A DNA stretch of 63,655 bases from Acanthaster planci. Its lineage: Eukaryota. This document shows, one piece after another, positions 31,701 to 46,700 of this stretch (its first letter is position 1; each line of letters starts with the position of its first letter). Made by a program: the position numbers and the translations under genes. Location: positions 554,137-617,791 of the forward strand of contig NW_019091360.1 in the NCBI RefSeq assembly GCF_001949145.1, in the 5' to 3' direction. The notes below the pieces were generated by a model. That model was not told the DNA's origin, made no database searches, and saw nothing but the letters and a program-made list of their open reading frames with translations.

Positions 31701-34700
31701 CTTTCCTTACATACCTACTGTGGACATTCCTTTCTTTTCATGCAGTTAAGAAAACTCAGTTAAAATGCCGGTACTCATTTTTCTTGAACTGGAAACATGA
31801 TTTTCAGCTGGCTTTTTGTACAAGGTTTCCTTGACTATTCCTCTTCCTTTTATGACAGATGACCCCCAACCCCAAAATGCCTCTAAACTTCTTTTTCAGA
31901 GAAGGGGAAACATCCTGTGGACGTGTGTAAGTCCACAGAACGTCTTCCTTTTCTGCATCGTGTGGACATCTTTTGTTCACAAGTCCACACTAGGTATGTA
32001 AGGTTAGTGCAAAAATGTCACACATTTAGACCCCAGATGTATAGAATTAATCATATACATGTGTAGGTTGTGACAAATTGTAAAATTTTTTTTTTTAAAA
32101 GACAAGTTTAGATAATTAATCAGAATGACATGTAGATCTTCAATGATTAACACGGATATTTTCACGTTTTCAGGTGGATATTTACATTCCAGCAATTTCT
32201 ATTTTTAGTTGTAGGTTAGGTATGTTCATGCACCCTTATGGCCCAGTGGTTCCTTGTGGTTTTCTATTCATGGGTCATTCCATTGGGTTGGGAAGCAGTG
32301 TGATTAAAGGGCAAGATCACCTTTGAAACTGCCTTTTGAAATTATCGGCGAGCATCTGCTTAATCAACTGCAGCATACATGTATCTCAAAGAGGCAAACC
32401 TAAGCTTTGAAGCAAGACCAAGCTTGACTGCATTGAATAAAATTTCCTTACAAAATGTTTGACATGATTTACAATCAAACTAAGAGGTTTTTGTCTCATA
32501 AAAATGAAGCTTCACAGTTAGTTTCTTCCTGCAGCTTATGTTCCAAAAGGGCCCAAACTTATTCCTAGAAAACAACTTTTGAAATTCTAAATTTTTCTTT
32601 AAATACACCACCTGTGATCCGAAAACATTGACTATGACGTAACTTTGGTGTCAGTAAATTTTGCGGAATGTTACATCAAAATAAGAGGGTGGCGTAAAGA
32701 GACTGATACATTTAATGTAATTTATTGTATGCAATGTTTTCAGTGTGATTGTTAAAAAAAAAGGAAAATAGTTACAAAACTCATCGGCATTTGTACAAAA
32801 AATCAGTGATGGTGTCAGTCAAAATTTTGTTACATCGAGGCACGTTTTGTAAAGTAACAGCGGTATTCACCCCTTTAAAAAATTGAACCGTCTGTCTTCA
32901 ACTGGGGGGTACCCCCAATACAATCAGGCAACCACACGAGGCATCATTTTACAAAGGTACATGTACCTTGTTGTTAGTTGCTGATACACTCAACCTGCAG
33001 AGCAAGGCCTCGCCAAGAAAAGCTGTCGTTCTGAAGAGGCAGTCAACCACCAAGAAGATTCATGAAAATGTTTCTGGGTTGCAGATGCGGCTTGCTGAAC
33101 TGAGAACAAAGCAAAGTGCAAGAGACTGAGCAGTAAAGACTTTCAAGTACAGAAATCTACAAGCTGTCCAAACGAACACAAAACATGAACCTGGTGAAAT
33201 ACAATGTTACTGTAAGATGCCCTTAGTAGAACTAGCAGACCAAAAGGGCGTAAGCAAAAAGACATTGCAGAAGACACAACTTTTGAATAGTGATGCAAGT
33301 AGGTGCCAAGGTTCGGGTTCGGTTCGGACACGGTTCAGAATTTTTTCGGACATGTTCGGACATGTACGCACATGCACAATATGAACATGTACTTGCACAA
33401 TGCACATCAAGACATTGAAGAGCTCGCTACAAACGTGCTGTATACAGTGTATAGTACTTCCCAGTATAAAATACAGGTTGGTAAATACAAGCAATGAATC
33501 TCCTCTCTATCGCCATCCATGTGCAACTTCGATTTGAAGTTTGAACTGCTTCCCTTATGTTTGTTTAAGTAGTTAAATTTCCATAGAAAGTTATTGTCGG
33601 AGGTGTGACAGTTTGCGACTGCAGTGTTTTACTGACTAAGAGCAGTTGTATTTGGACCACGCTTGACTCGACAAAATGATCGTAGGATATGTGAAAACAA
33701 AAACAGCATGCTCTTGTATCCTGTACAGGATACGTGTACGTGTACATGTAGCACCTGGCTAACTTGGTATTGGCAACTTCCCTCACTTGAAGGTCCAGCA
33801 TGTAAAGAGGAGCTTCCTGTGCCATACTCGGGGACCAAGATGCTGACCCAATATCGACTAGACTCTTCAGATCATTCAAACTTTGTTTAAAGCGTGTTCT
33901 GAAGGAACTCTTCCTACTTCGAGATTTTGTTTGAAGCCGCTGTAAAGATCGAAGCCTGGAGTGTGCTGCCTCCTTGACTGCCTCAAAAAACGTATCAGAG
34001 TTGACCTCATAATCTTTAAACTCCAATACAGAGCCCTCATAATCACAGGCAGAACTATGTGGGCCCACCCCCACCTGACGAACTGAATCCTGGGAGGAGA
34101 TTTCTTCTTGCGTTGATCAGGAATGAGTCGCCACTATCACCATCACGGGTGAAATCTTGAATATTATTGCCATGGTTGCCTCCACGTGGCAACCCAGTAA
34201 CTCACAATGTATTAGAGCCAATGGAGCCCTCCACAGGAGCTGATTGCTTGTTGTGAATAGTACTACGAACCCCCACCAGGGCAGCCTACTCAGAGGAAGG
34301 GCACCTTCCCCCAAGCAGAACCTCGGAAAGAGGTTATTTCCCATGCCAAACCTTTCATCATACTTTGCATCATGTGCCGCATAAGTCTTTCAAAGTCAGA
34401 GAAACTGTGCTGGAATTCAGCCATGTCAACATACTGAGTGAGTGCAAGAAGGGCTATGCTGAAACGTGTGCAATGAACAAGATGCAGCTTTATCAGCTAA
34501 CCTCTGTGTGGCCTTCTCCTTGGCCTTATGGGCAAAGGAGGCCCACAGATCCGAAGACATGCTACCCATTTCCTGACGTTCATTGTAAATCCCAGTGATG
34601 CCCATCAGGGCTGAAACAGCACTTAAAGCACAATACATGAGGGTCATCTACACCCAGAATTCTGTGGCATGACCTGCAAGAACAAGGTTGAGTCATGCTA

Positions 34701-37700
34701 ACTGGTGGGATGTCGGCCAAGTTGGCATACTCGGACGACTCGGCCAGCGTCATTATAAGAGCTCTCCTCAAGAGATCAGTAGGCGGGTTGAACTCACAAA
34801 ATTATTGTTATTTACTGTCTCCTGCAGTGGCACAGCAAATCAAATGTGAATCTACAAACAACCAAGATACATGTACATGTAAGGTGTACTTATTTCCTAC
34901 TGACGGGCACTTTTATGCATAAAATCTACCAGCTTCGTAGTTTTTTACAAGAGCATATTGACAACACAACTGATTGGGAAGATGCTAAAAGAAACATGAG
35001 TGCGCATGCGAGGAGTGGGTGCTCTGAGGATGGGAGGTGATCATGTGACAGGGTTGTTTTGTTCTTTAAGCACAACTCAGTGGGGGTAAAAGGAAGCATC
35101 CTTTAAGTGTGTTGAGGCAGAAGGCCATTTCAAGAGCTTTAAAATAATGTCAAAAGTTTGTTAACCTGTTTCTCAAGAAGTAATTGACTGCTTGACATAA
35201 AGTTTTAGTTCAGGGGGTTTCTCAAGGAAGCAGCACACCAAATTTTGTTTTTAATCCATGATGGTCAGTTCCAATAGCATGTTGAATTTACCTTTTTCTA
35301 TTAAACTTCACGTACTGTTTACCTACATGTACATGGTTATGTGTTCTGTAAATGACATGATGTGTATAGCCCAAATTTTTCAATTTATGCCGGATGATGT
35401 AGGTAAGCGATGCTCAATTTAGTCATGTACATGTTGCACTGAACAGATATAACTTGGCGGTGACCAAGGTGTTGGGCGAATCTGACCTACTTCATTCACA
35501 ATGGTCTAGCCCGTGCACTGTGTATAGGCCTAGTTGTGCATGCCTTCTGCTTGTGTTGTGTTAATACTAATAGTCACAATGTGTACAGGTACATGCCTCG
35601 AGACCTGTCTGCAACCCAACTCTTTGATGGGTTTGTCCCAAGGCAAGCTCGGTGGTCGAGTGGTTAAGACATCTGCACTAGTAANNNNNNNNNNNNNNNN
35701 NNNNNNNNNNNNNNNNNNNNNNNNNNNNNNNNNNNNNNNNNNNNNNNNNNNNNNNNNNNNNNNNNNNNNNNNNNNNNNNNNNNNNNNNNNNNNNNNNNNN
35801 NNNATATATAATTAGCAGTGAAAGTCATTATGGTTATGACAATACAACCCACAATGACATCCCCTTTCCACTTGTCAGTTTGCCACATTGATCATGTTTA
35901 ATAAACACCAGTAGTAGTACCATCCGTGAAGGAACGCTGCAGTAGTGGACCGTTGCACCATTGGTGAAAGTTTTTATCTCTCAGTTTGTCCTGTTAAATG
36001 ATGGGCTTCCACAATTTATTCATGATTCGGTCCTCGTCGCCCACAAAATTTGAATGAAGCACCAGTAAACACAATAAATTTCAAGAAAGCTACAATCATT
36101 CGCTGTCTCAATCGTTTTGTATTTGGATGTTGCTAAGATGTTGCTGTAAGATGTACACTTTGTCAGGTGTTATTTAAGGGCACATGATACATTTAGATCC
36201 ACTAAAATGAATCATTCATATTCTTGGAAAGCTTGCTGTTTGTGATTGGCTCCAGATACACGTACATGTAAGTTGTTGATATTCGTAGTAGTACCCAGCA
36301 TACCCGTATGTCCTACGGCCCCAGAAATTATCCAAAATGGGATGAAAAAATAAAGACAGACATTAAACCCAGATGTTACTGATCCAACAAGGCAGTCTTT
36401 CAACTCGATGGACCATCCATGACATGTAGATGTACATGTGTATGTATGTGAATGCGTTGCACTACTGCACTGTACTGTACATTTATGTCCAGTCTGTCCA
36501 CATACATTGTAGCTTACGTGAAGCCCTATAAAGTGCAAAAACTGCCTTGGACAAGGCTAAGTCTCTCTTAAAATGCAATAATGGGAATCTGCTGTATTCT
36601 AAGCCATATTTTGAAGCAAGTATCAGTAGAGCAAGTTTAACTATGCTGTACGTTGGAATCTTTTTACTTTGTGTAAATTATATTTGTTCGCTCTCCCGTG
36701 TAAAGATGCATTCATGACAGAGTTGTCCTATCGGTCAAAATCAGTCAAATGGCTCCTATGTGTGTGTGTCTGTGTGCTGTGGCAAATCAAGTGGAAGGAA
36801 CTTTTGACTATCTCTCTGTTGTAACGTAAGGATGGCTAATTTTAATGTCAGTAAATATTTCATTCTCTTTTGGTACTCTGTTTCCACCCAACAGGATCCT
36901 CAAGGGATTGCCACATCTCCAGGGAGAGCTGGTAGCAGTTTATTTCCAACTATGGCACAAAAGAGTCCCCCAAAGTCAGACACGGTGTCTTCCACTGATT
37001 CAGTGTTTCCATTGAGGCCACACGACATGACAAGATCGGAAGCTGCACAAGAGAGCAGTTTATCTTCTGAGAGTAATCGGTTTCTGCCAGATATTGGGGG
37101 AAAATTTCCGAACTTGGGGTCTGTTGCCTATGCACATTCTAAACCTATGTTGGAAAAGGAAATGGAAGAGTTTGAAAAGCTCATGCACCTGGAGGTTGTC
37201 CCTGATAAAGCATCAGATGAGCCATGTCTTGATGGTTCCTCTCTCTCTGATGATAAGCAGCCACATGTAAATATTGGGGATCAGTGTATACATGCTCTTA
37301 ATGATCCTTTTGTCTCTGAATCAAATCCTAAAAAAGACTCGGCTGAAGTAAAAACAATTATTGATTCAAAGACAGCTGAAGAAAAACTACCTATATCAGA
37401 GAATGAACATGAAAACGAGCGATCAGAAAGAACCAGACAGGAACAGTCAGTAACAAAACTTAGCACATCACCAACTGAAGTCACAGAGACCGAAAAAAAG
37501 CCAGCATCCATCCTAAATAGAAATATGAAATCCAAGATACCAGAGAATATGATGTTGCCCAGATCTTTAAAAGTAAATAGTTCTCCTGTAGACAAACTGG
37601 CAAAGGACACTAAACAACTTTATACAGTTGCAACAAGACGATTTGGTGTTGACAAGGAATCTTCATTGGCCAAGAGGTCATCCAAGCATAAAAGCAACCT

Positions 37701-40700
37701 AGGGAACTCAAATGGAATTGTGCAAGATCCCCCATCCTGTAAACTTCAGCCTAACAGGGAAGGAATTCAGCTTTCTGCCGAATCGGTCTCTTCCACAAAA
37801 AAGCCAGTAGTAGAGTGGATGATGGGATTTGTCAGAAAGGATACCATGAACACAACCCATTCAGGAAATGATCTATGGGACTTGGATGTGGATATGATAC
37901 GTTTTACTGAAATTCCACCAGTAATGCTTCCTCCAAAAAATTATTTGCTGCAGTGTAATTACACACCAGGTGCAGATGATAGCAAGCAGCCCCATGATCT
38001 GGCTCCAGCAGCTTCCTGTTCAAAGCCACTGCCTGAAACTTCACATCAAGATGCAAGCTTACTATCTGATTCCACACCAGCTGCTGAGTTGGATGCTGAA
38101 ACGTCAGAAGTTGCATCAGTTAGAGCCAAGGATTACTCAAAATCAGATATCCAAGGTAATGCCTCACCATTTGCTTCAGAATATGAGACATCCCAAGAAA
38201 CAAGGGAAATAACAGGGCAGGTCAGTCTCCAGGTGGCTCAAATGAAAAACACTTGGTCCAGTGAACCTTCAGAACATGAAATCAGAGAAATTAAACTGCA
38301 GAGCGATTCAAACCAACACTCAACGTCTACGACATCTGTCAGTACTGAAGGCACAAATTCCAAAGTACCACCATTAGATAAGCAGTCTTTAAATGAGGAG
38401 TCTCATCAACAAGATTCATTGAAGAGGGATGGGAATAATTGGTCAAGTGACATTTCACCATTCCCGACCAACAAAACACAAACTGAAGTACATGTAATGT
38501 CACAGAAATTGTATTCAGGAGATTCCGTTGGTGATTGTGAAAGGGAGGTAGACAAGGTTTTGCAGAGAGAATCAGTTTCGTTTGAGGTTAAAGAGTCCAA
38601 ACTACACTTACCAACAGGAATGTCTTTGGCATGCCAATCAAGCATATCAGATTCTTTCAATGAAGGATTGTTCAAGACTGTTCAAACTTATGAGGAAGAC
38701 ACTAGTTCCCTACAAGATGCTCCTGAAGACAGAGAATCTCAGAGTGTGGCCCAAAAGAGTGAAACTTCTAAGCAGAAAAAGAAGTCATTGCGAGGCAGCA
38801 AGGGAAGATGTGGAACAGATGAATCAAATGTTGAAGTTGTGCCCACTCGTAGGAGCATACGCCTTCGTTCAATAGAAAAAAGAAAACTTACTGAATCACC
38901 CAAAGAATTTACAGAAACATCAGTGGTGTCAAGTAGAAAACGCCAATGGTCTTCACATAATTCAGATGGATCTCCACTAGATGATACGTCAGAGTCCTTC
39001 GTTGCCAAAAAGTGTGCCAGTTGTGACCCAGTCAAAGAATCAAAAGAGGGTCCTTCATCTGGTGAAAAAATGATAACTACATATACAGAATTGGACAAAG
39101 AGGATAGGAATGCAAAATGTGAAGCTGTCAGGGATGAAGTCCAAAAGAAGACAATTGCTGAAACTGTTCAAGATGACTCTGTTACTCAAATATTGTCAAA
39201 TGATACCAAATCTCCGAACATGCCCTTGTCAGCTGTATCACCAGATACCCAGGGGCTTTCAACAGTTACTCAGGAAACCCCTTTTGCAGACACTGGTAAT
39301 GATGTGGCTCCTGTTAATGGAACTGACAAAGATGTCAGTTCTTGTGATGTGACTTCAGAGCTCATTCTTTGTCATGCTGATGAAGTTAAAGATATTTGTA
39401 CGTTTGAGGCATTAACCTCTGATGTGAATTTGGCAAGTCAAGCCATTCCTTCAGTAGATGTATCCAAAACAAGTCTTACATCTGAGTTTGTGATCTATGC
39501 GGATATGTCATCACCATCAAGTCCTGAAGTAACAACTGCAGCAATCAATAACCCTGTAACTACTGGGCCAACAATCTTGTCAGCTTTCATTCCATGCACA
39601 AGTAAAGACACAACCGAAAATGGCCACTGCAGTGCAGAAGTAGATATGCTGCATAGTCCCCCAACATTGTGTACAACATTGGCAACAGATGACAGCATTG
39701 AACCAAATCAGAATGCCGAACCAGAAAGTGTGGAAATAAGTCAAAAGACCAACATGGAAGTTCATGGTATCTTGGACAAAGACAAACAAAGCAGTCCATT
39801 GGAAGCTTCTGAAGATAAAGTTTGGAAACTATCGGTCAACAAAAATAATGATGAGTCTAAAGGACAGGATGGGAAACACATACATGCCCTGAGCAAAGAT
39901 GATGGGAAAGAGGAACTGACATTGGAAAAACACTTAAATATGCCAAATATAGTCAACAAGAATCGAGTGTTGGATTCAATTCAGCCTACAGCAGTGGATA
40001 TTGGTCATGTGCAGGCAAGCGGTGTGACCCCACGAACTCAGCAACAGGAGTGTCTTGGATATGTTGATTTTGTAGCTAAGAACCCGTTTTTTAGCCACTC
40101 AGATGAATTCACTTGTGATGTATGGGAAGAGAATTTTGCAGATCCTGATGATGTTACTGTGAAACCACGACCATGCAGAAAGGAAAAAGTGGAACTTCAT
40201 CAGTCTGAGGCTCCATTACAGCTTCATGAAAGTGCTGCTGACAGTGAGACAAAGCAGTCATCCGATGCTACTACCACTTCTACTCAAGATGTGGATGTGA
40301 GTTTGAAGGCAGTCCTAGAGGAAAAAGTGATTGAAAGCCCATCTGAAGAAACCAAAGAACATGCAAGCAGCAGCCAATCCTGGGGCATTATCACAGGAGA
40401 TGAGATCCCTGCATATGAAAATATTCCAGAAAATTGTTACGTGTCAGAGAGGTGAGGGCCACTTTGCTTGTTACACTTCTATAGTGGTTTTTCCAAATAT
40501 AGTATTTGGATGCTTTGACTTAGTGCAAACCACGTTTTGTAAACTGAGTGAAACTTTACTCTCAGGAAGATTTTTCAGTTACGTGCATTTGGATACTCAA
40601 AATTTATAACTTTCTTTGTTCTAGTTCAGTTTGCTTTTGGCAAGACAGTAAGTTGAGAGTGTGTTCTGTTTCAGTAGTTTGGCATAAAATATTTTTGAGT

Positions 40701-43700
40701 TTTTAGATGCATACATGTCCTTAGAATTACCGTATATGCTACCAGAGTTCCACAGTGTGAGAATCTTTGGATGTGCACTACAAAATATACATTACCACAT
40801 ACGACCGTATGAAAACGACTGTATGAATGCTCCAATTTTAATATGATTTTGCACTCACCCTAGGGAGTTAAGGTTAAGATCTTGTAAGGATTGTGTATCT
40901 TTTACTTTCTGTGGTCTTGTAGGGTGCTCTGTGGAATAAACATTTAAAACCAGAAATTTGTGTAACTGGTTAACATTCTTGACTGCAGAAAAAAATCTAA
41001 AGCAGGGAAAGAAGCTCGTCGGATGATATGTGACTGCACAACGTCAAAGTCTGAACGTGCCCGTGGTATTCCTGCATGCGGAGACGATTGCTTGAACCGA
41101 CTGCTGTTGATAGAGTGGTTAGTGCCGGTCAGCCTCTAGAGTACACATACATTTAGCCATTGAAACAAACCTTCCAACATCAGCCAAATATTTAGGTTGT
41201 CTAGATTGTCAAACTCTTTTCTAAATGGTATAAATTGTAGTTTGAATCAGACTCTTTATTTTACTTTTAAATTAAGTTCTGCTGATCAAGAGCACATGTG
41301 AAATAACTAAATTATACGATTAGGGAATCCTAATTTTGTGGTTTTTACTCCTGTGTGTGTTTTTTGCCAAGAGAAACCTCAATTGCCTCAATGTGCACCT
41401 AGAATAATTAGCTTTGGTCATCTGGATGCTACTGCATTGTCTTCCTGGGTTTTTGAGCTGCAGATTTGCCCATCTTTAGAAGCAGTAAAAACATAAATGG
41501 CCTTCATGCCATCTCAACCGAAGCACATGATCAGGGCTGTATTTCAGGTCTATGAATCAGTCTAGGACAATTTAAACTTATTTCTGTCAGTCAAGGTAGA
41601 GGCAGTTTGGTTCTATACATGGAATTCACTGTTTGATCTGTTGATACTGCTTTAAATGCGTGATTTTGCTAAGTGGGTATTATCAAGGGTATTATTTTAA
41701 CTTATGTACTTGGTTTCCAGTACCTCAAGATGTCCATGTGGTGACTACTGTACTAATAAAAGGTTTTCAAAGGTAGGTTTTCAGTATGCTTGTGTTGAAG
41801 TTTGTAATGAGAAAATAATAGCTTAGGGAGACTTTTGTTGCATGTAAACTTTTATATTCACACACCCTGGGGAATTCAAAAATTATGCAGGGAGGGATCA
41901 ACATAGTTTGACACAAGGGAGGCATTTGTTTACTATAAAGATTTGCACTTACGTATATAAATATACACTTAAGGCCCTATTTTGCAGTATCTGGTAAAAT
42001 TATGTCGATTGCTCTTGAACTCTTGTCTTTTTTTTTTATTTGAAAAAGTCACAGAGGAGGGCTTATCACGTTTCTTTCATTTGGCCACACAAGCATCAAC
42101 CATAGTATTTGATTATTTCTACAGCGTCAATATGCAGATGTTGGTGTGTTTTATGCTGAAAACAAAGGACATGGTCTAAAGACGAAAGTAGATTTGAAAT
42201 CGTAAGTTGACTCATTTTATTAAACCCTCTGAAGGATTAATTCATTTGTGCTTTCCAAGACCTATTATTTTATAACTTCTTGTAGTGAATCAAATTTTTG
42301 TTAAGTTTTCACGTCTCTTTCATCACCATCTGACTGTGGACTTCAGTTTTTCTGATTATAGTCAATTTTTGTTTTTTACAGACATGAGTTTGTGATGGAA
42401 TACTGTGGGGAAGTGCTCAACTACACCGAGTTTAAGTCACGTGTAAAGCGATACAACAAAGATAACCAACGGCATTTCTATTTTATGGCCCTGCGAGCTG
42501 ATGAGGTAAGATTGTGTTGATAGCACAAATGTACTGTGCAGGGATGAGATTTGTCTGGATTGGTATGGTTTTCTGGACTTCTGGAAAAATGTATTCGGAC
42601 TTGTGGATTTGTCTACATGGCATAGTATTGTAGGAACTAAAAGAAGTATTTTCCAAATATGCATAAAAGTGAACGCAGGACTTGTGTAAGTTGAGTTTTA
42701 TTAGCCCACACACTCATGTTGTTAGTTCAGTTGGAATGCAATAGAATACTATTGAAGAGTGGGGGGTTTAGGTATTGAACTGTAATGGTCTTGCGACAAA
42801 TTCTAACTGTACATGTGCCATGCATTGGACTACTCGCTGCGTTTACCAAAACCTCAGGCACCATCGTATGGTTGTTATGTGTGGTTCTTTAATTGTAGCT
42901 CTGATTGATCAAAATGGCTCTTTTTTCCCTTAAAGTCATCAATTTGAGTGATCTGATTTTTCTCGTGCATACATTTATCAGATTATTGATGCCACCATTA
43001 AGGGCAACATGTCTCGATTCATCAACCACAGCTGTGATCCCAACTGTGAAACTCAGAAGGTCAGTTATTTCCCTGCTCTCTTCGTGTGACTAGCTGTGAC
43101 TCTTATTCACCAGTGTACAGAATAGGTCAGAATTTTAGCCGACACACTATCAGTGAACCTGACACACTGTTCAATACACGCTTTGTAGGTTTTACCATAC
43201 ATTGCTGGTCCAATGCACGATAAGCCTGACCCCGGACCTCATTACCTCTGCAAGGCTTGTGACCGCAGACTGCAAAGGTGACTGGCAACATGTAGTGAAC
43301 TACTTCACTTGCAGGGCCGTCACTCCAGCTTTGTGTGTGCATGTACACTGCACATACGTGTACTATACACTGTACATGTACTTTACATGTACATGAACAC
43401 TGTATGGAAGTGCACAGAGTAAGTGAAATCACGGCAAGATGACCGTCTTAAGTATCGAAATGTGTATGATACAGCCGTTTTCTTTTAGTTTTGGAGTGTG
43501 AAAGTTATTCAGTCTTATTACATCTGGAAAATGTTAAATTTCATTAAAACTGGCTAAAAGTCCACCGTGTGTGTTTAGATATTACAAAACTTTTTCCCAA
43601 ATGTAAGCTTTGAATTTTAAACTCATGGGATCGACTGGAGTGATGACGACGCTTTTCTTACGCGAGAACTTTTTCACAAATAAACAGTAACCACGAAAGA

Positions 43701-46700
43701 AATGCATTCCTCAGCCAGAACTATTACAACGAGCTGATTTTACAAAGAAGTTGAGTGTTGTATTTCTTAATTTCTGAAAATTTAGTTCATGTATCAGAAT
43801 TCCAGTAAATAGAAGAAAAACACTCTTGACTTGTTCATTTGCTGCCACACACCATCAGACGTGCCGGGACCATGCCGTGACCATGCCGTGACCAAGCAAT
43901 CACAAAACTACAACCACCCCAGCGCTTTCATCCCAACCACCAATCATAAATCAAAACGAGTGTATTGCATACTCATTTCGATACAGCGCCAACAATGCAA
44001 AGCTACAGCCCGTTTATGTCACACTACATTCATATTTATGAAGTTCACATCGGTGCTACTTTGTCCCTTGAGTGAGTGCAGCCGGTGCATGCACGTCTTA
44101 CGATCTTTGCCGTTTAGTTTGGTCACAATTTTGTCACAATCAGAGCATTTTTTTGGTAGATTTTCCAGCTTCAAGATTGAAAACTGATGGAAAAAATCCC
44201 CACCTCACATCAAATTTATATTCACACGATTTTGAACACACTAAGTGCGAGTACAGCAACCTATCTGTGTATGCTAGGATCGCTGCCGTGGGGCTGTCTT
44301 GAATAAAAATGGGCTAGCAGACTGGCGAAGTCAAACACTGTTTATATTTTGTGGATTTCTTACAAAATAGTTTTCTCTGATTTAGGAAATGCTTTGTCAT
44401 AAAAACTGCTAGTTACAGTTGTCTCGTTAAAAAAATAATTTCACACTCGAACATTTTCTGTGCCTGATTCAGTTGTTTTTGAAGCAATTCAGACATTAAC
44501 CACTTAGGGCTGGTTGACCCCATTAGGCCCATATTCTTCTGACCCACACAGCTGGGTGGCCTCATGTGGGGCCCACCGACTGCTGTGAGTCACCATAGGC
44601 TGTGTTCCTCCTATTGTGAAGTACAATGGCATGAAGTACCACAGTGCTCTAGGCCAGCCTGCCCGACAGAACGTGTTGCCCAGTCTGCCCATTTTTTGTC
44701 CTTCCTGGCAGGGCTGTGGGTGAACAAAGAAGCTGTTATGTAACACCACAATAAACATAACAATAGCATTTTTTGAAAGCGCCCTGGCCATGCTTCCTTG
44801 TCTTCTGACTCTCATTACATGACATGCATTTCTTGGGTGATTTTTTTCCTTTAAAAGTATGGTGAATAATGGTCAAAATTAAAATCATTAAACATCGCCC
44901 ACTGCAGGGAATATTTTACCCATTGTTAAGTGGTTAACCAAAAATGTTTGCCTGCGTGGCAAATTTTGATGCCGGCTACATATAAAGTAAACAACATGTG
45001 CTGACCACATTTCCCTGGAATTTGAAGATGACTTGAGCTGCAGTCAAACTAAATACTTTTCGTTTGGGAAACAAGGAAAATGACTGTTCCGGTCAACAAA
45101 GGCCTGGCTGTTCTGGGCTTTGCGTGTAGCATTTGCATGTTTATACTTGGCAGATCGGATAGCGGTGGTGGCGTTCTCTGTTATGCAGGGATTAGCATGT
45201 TTCATGTTTGCAGTTAACTCCTTTCGTGTCTGCTTGACTCGATACATGCTGACATGCTAAGCGTGTTTACTTGTCGGCTAAAATTCTGACCTTTACTGTA
45301 TAATATTTCAGTCAGATGATTCTGTTTGTATAAAGTAGCCTCTTTAACCACTTCCTGCCGGGGACAGTTATCAATGTTGATGATGATGCTGGTCCGGGAT
45401 AATTATAATTTTTTTCTGTTTTCGAAATTCTTTAAATATTCAAATTCCTTTTTTCATTTACTGGACACTTACAAACATGTGAAGGACTGTCTGGTGTCCA
45501 CTCTTGCCTGACAGGCAAAATCTATTGATGCCTGATTATTTCAGTTAGGCCTGCAACCTTGTGAAAAAAGCCCAGATTGTGCGGTGTTATATAACTTTCT
45601 TTTGTTCACAAACCTGGCTCAGTGCGCTACTGACCTCTTTTTAATAGGGGCCAGATTAGCATGCAGCGGTGCTGTGTGGCTCATCGCAGCGGAGGTGGAG
45701 CGCTTTTGTCCCGGGTGGTAATCAGCTCACTCTAAATGCCCCATACTGTGGTATACTGTTTCAAAACAAGGCTGGATTATCTCCACATTTGAGAGTGAAA
45801 AATGTCAGAAATGCCCAGGAGCCTGGTCTTTTGTACCGAGTACGGTCTTTTGTTTGAAGGCTCTGTCCCGTTTGTCCGGCCACGCATATTAAAGCATACG
45901 GATCTGGAATCCCCGGCAGGTAGTGGTTAATGGAGCAAGGTGTATATCAGAGGTTACACTGGGAATTACACCAGCTCATATTTTGGAAATACAGAAATAA
46001 TATTAGTTAGTCCTGTTTACCCTGAGCTAATTGTAGCCTCATTAGCAAGGGAGAGACAGGCTACTGGGATGTTTTTCAACTGGGCTGATGCAAGCGCTTG
46101 ATGCAAGTGTGTAGGCTGTTATTCCATATCCTGTTCCAAACACTTTTAACCACTTCCTGCTCCGGAATCGGAGACGTATGGTTTATATGCATGGCCGGGG
46201 TCTCCGAACTCGGACAAAGGAAACAGGGCCCTGTAACAAAAGACCATACTCCTAACAAAAGACCAGGCTGCTGGGCATTACTGACATTTTTCACTCTCAA
46301 AAGTGGTAATAATCCAGCCTGGTTTTGAAACCATGTAGCAGGGTTTGGGGGATTTAGAGCAAGCGGATTACCACTGGGGACAAAAGCGCTCCACCACTGC
46401 AGCAATGAGCCACACAGCACCGCTGCATGCTAATCTGGCCCCTATTAAAAAGAGGTCGGCAGTGCACTGAGCCAGGTTCGTGAACAAAAGAAAGTTATGT
46501 AACACCGCACAATCTGGGCTCTATTTACAAGGCTGCAGGCCTGGCTGAAATACTGGGGCGTCAATGAAGGTCACCTGTCAACTTAGAGTAGTGCTTAAAG
46601 ATTACTACGTTCGGCTATAAATGCCTGTTAAATGAAATGATGAATTTTTGAAGGATTTTGAAAACGGAAAAAATAAGTCATGCTGGCTCAGCATCATCAA

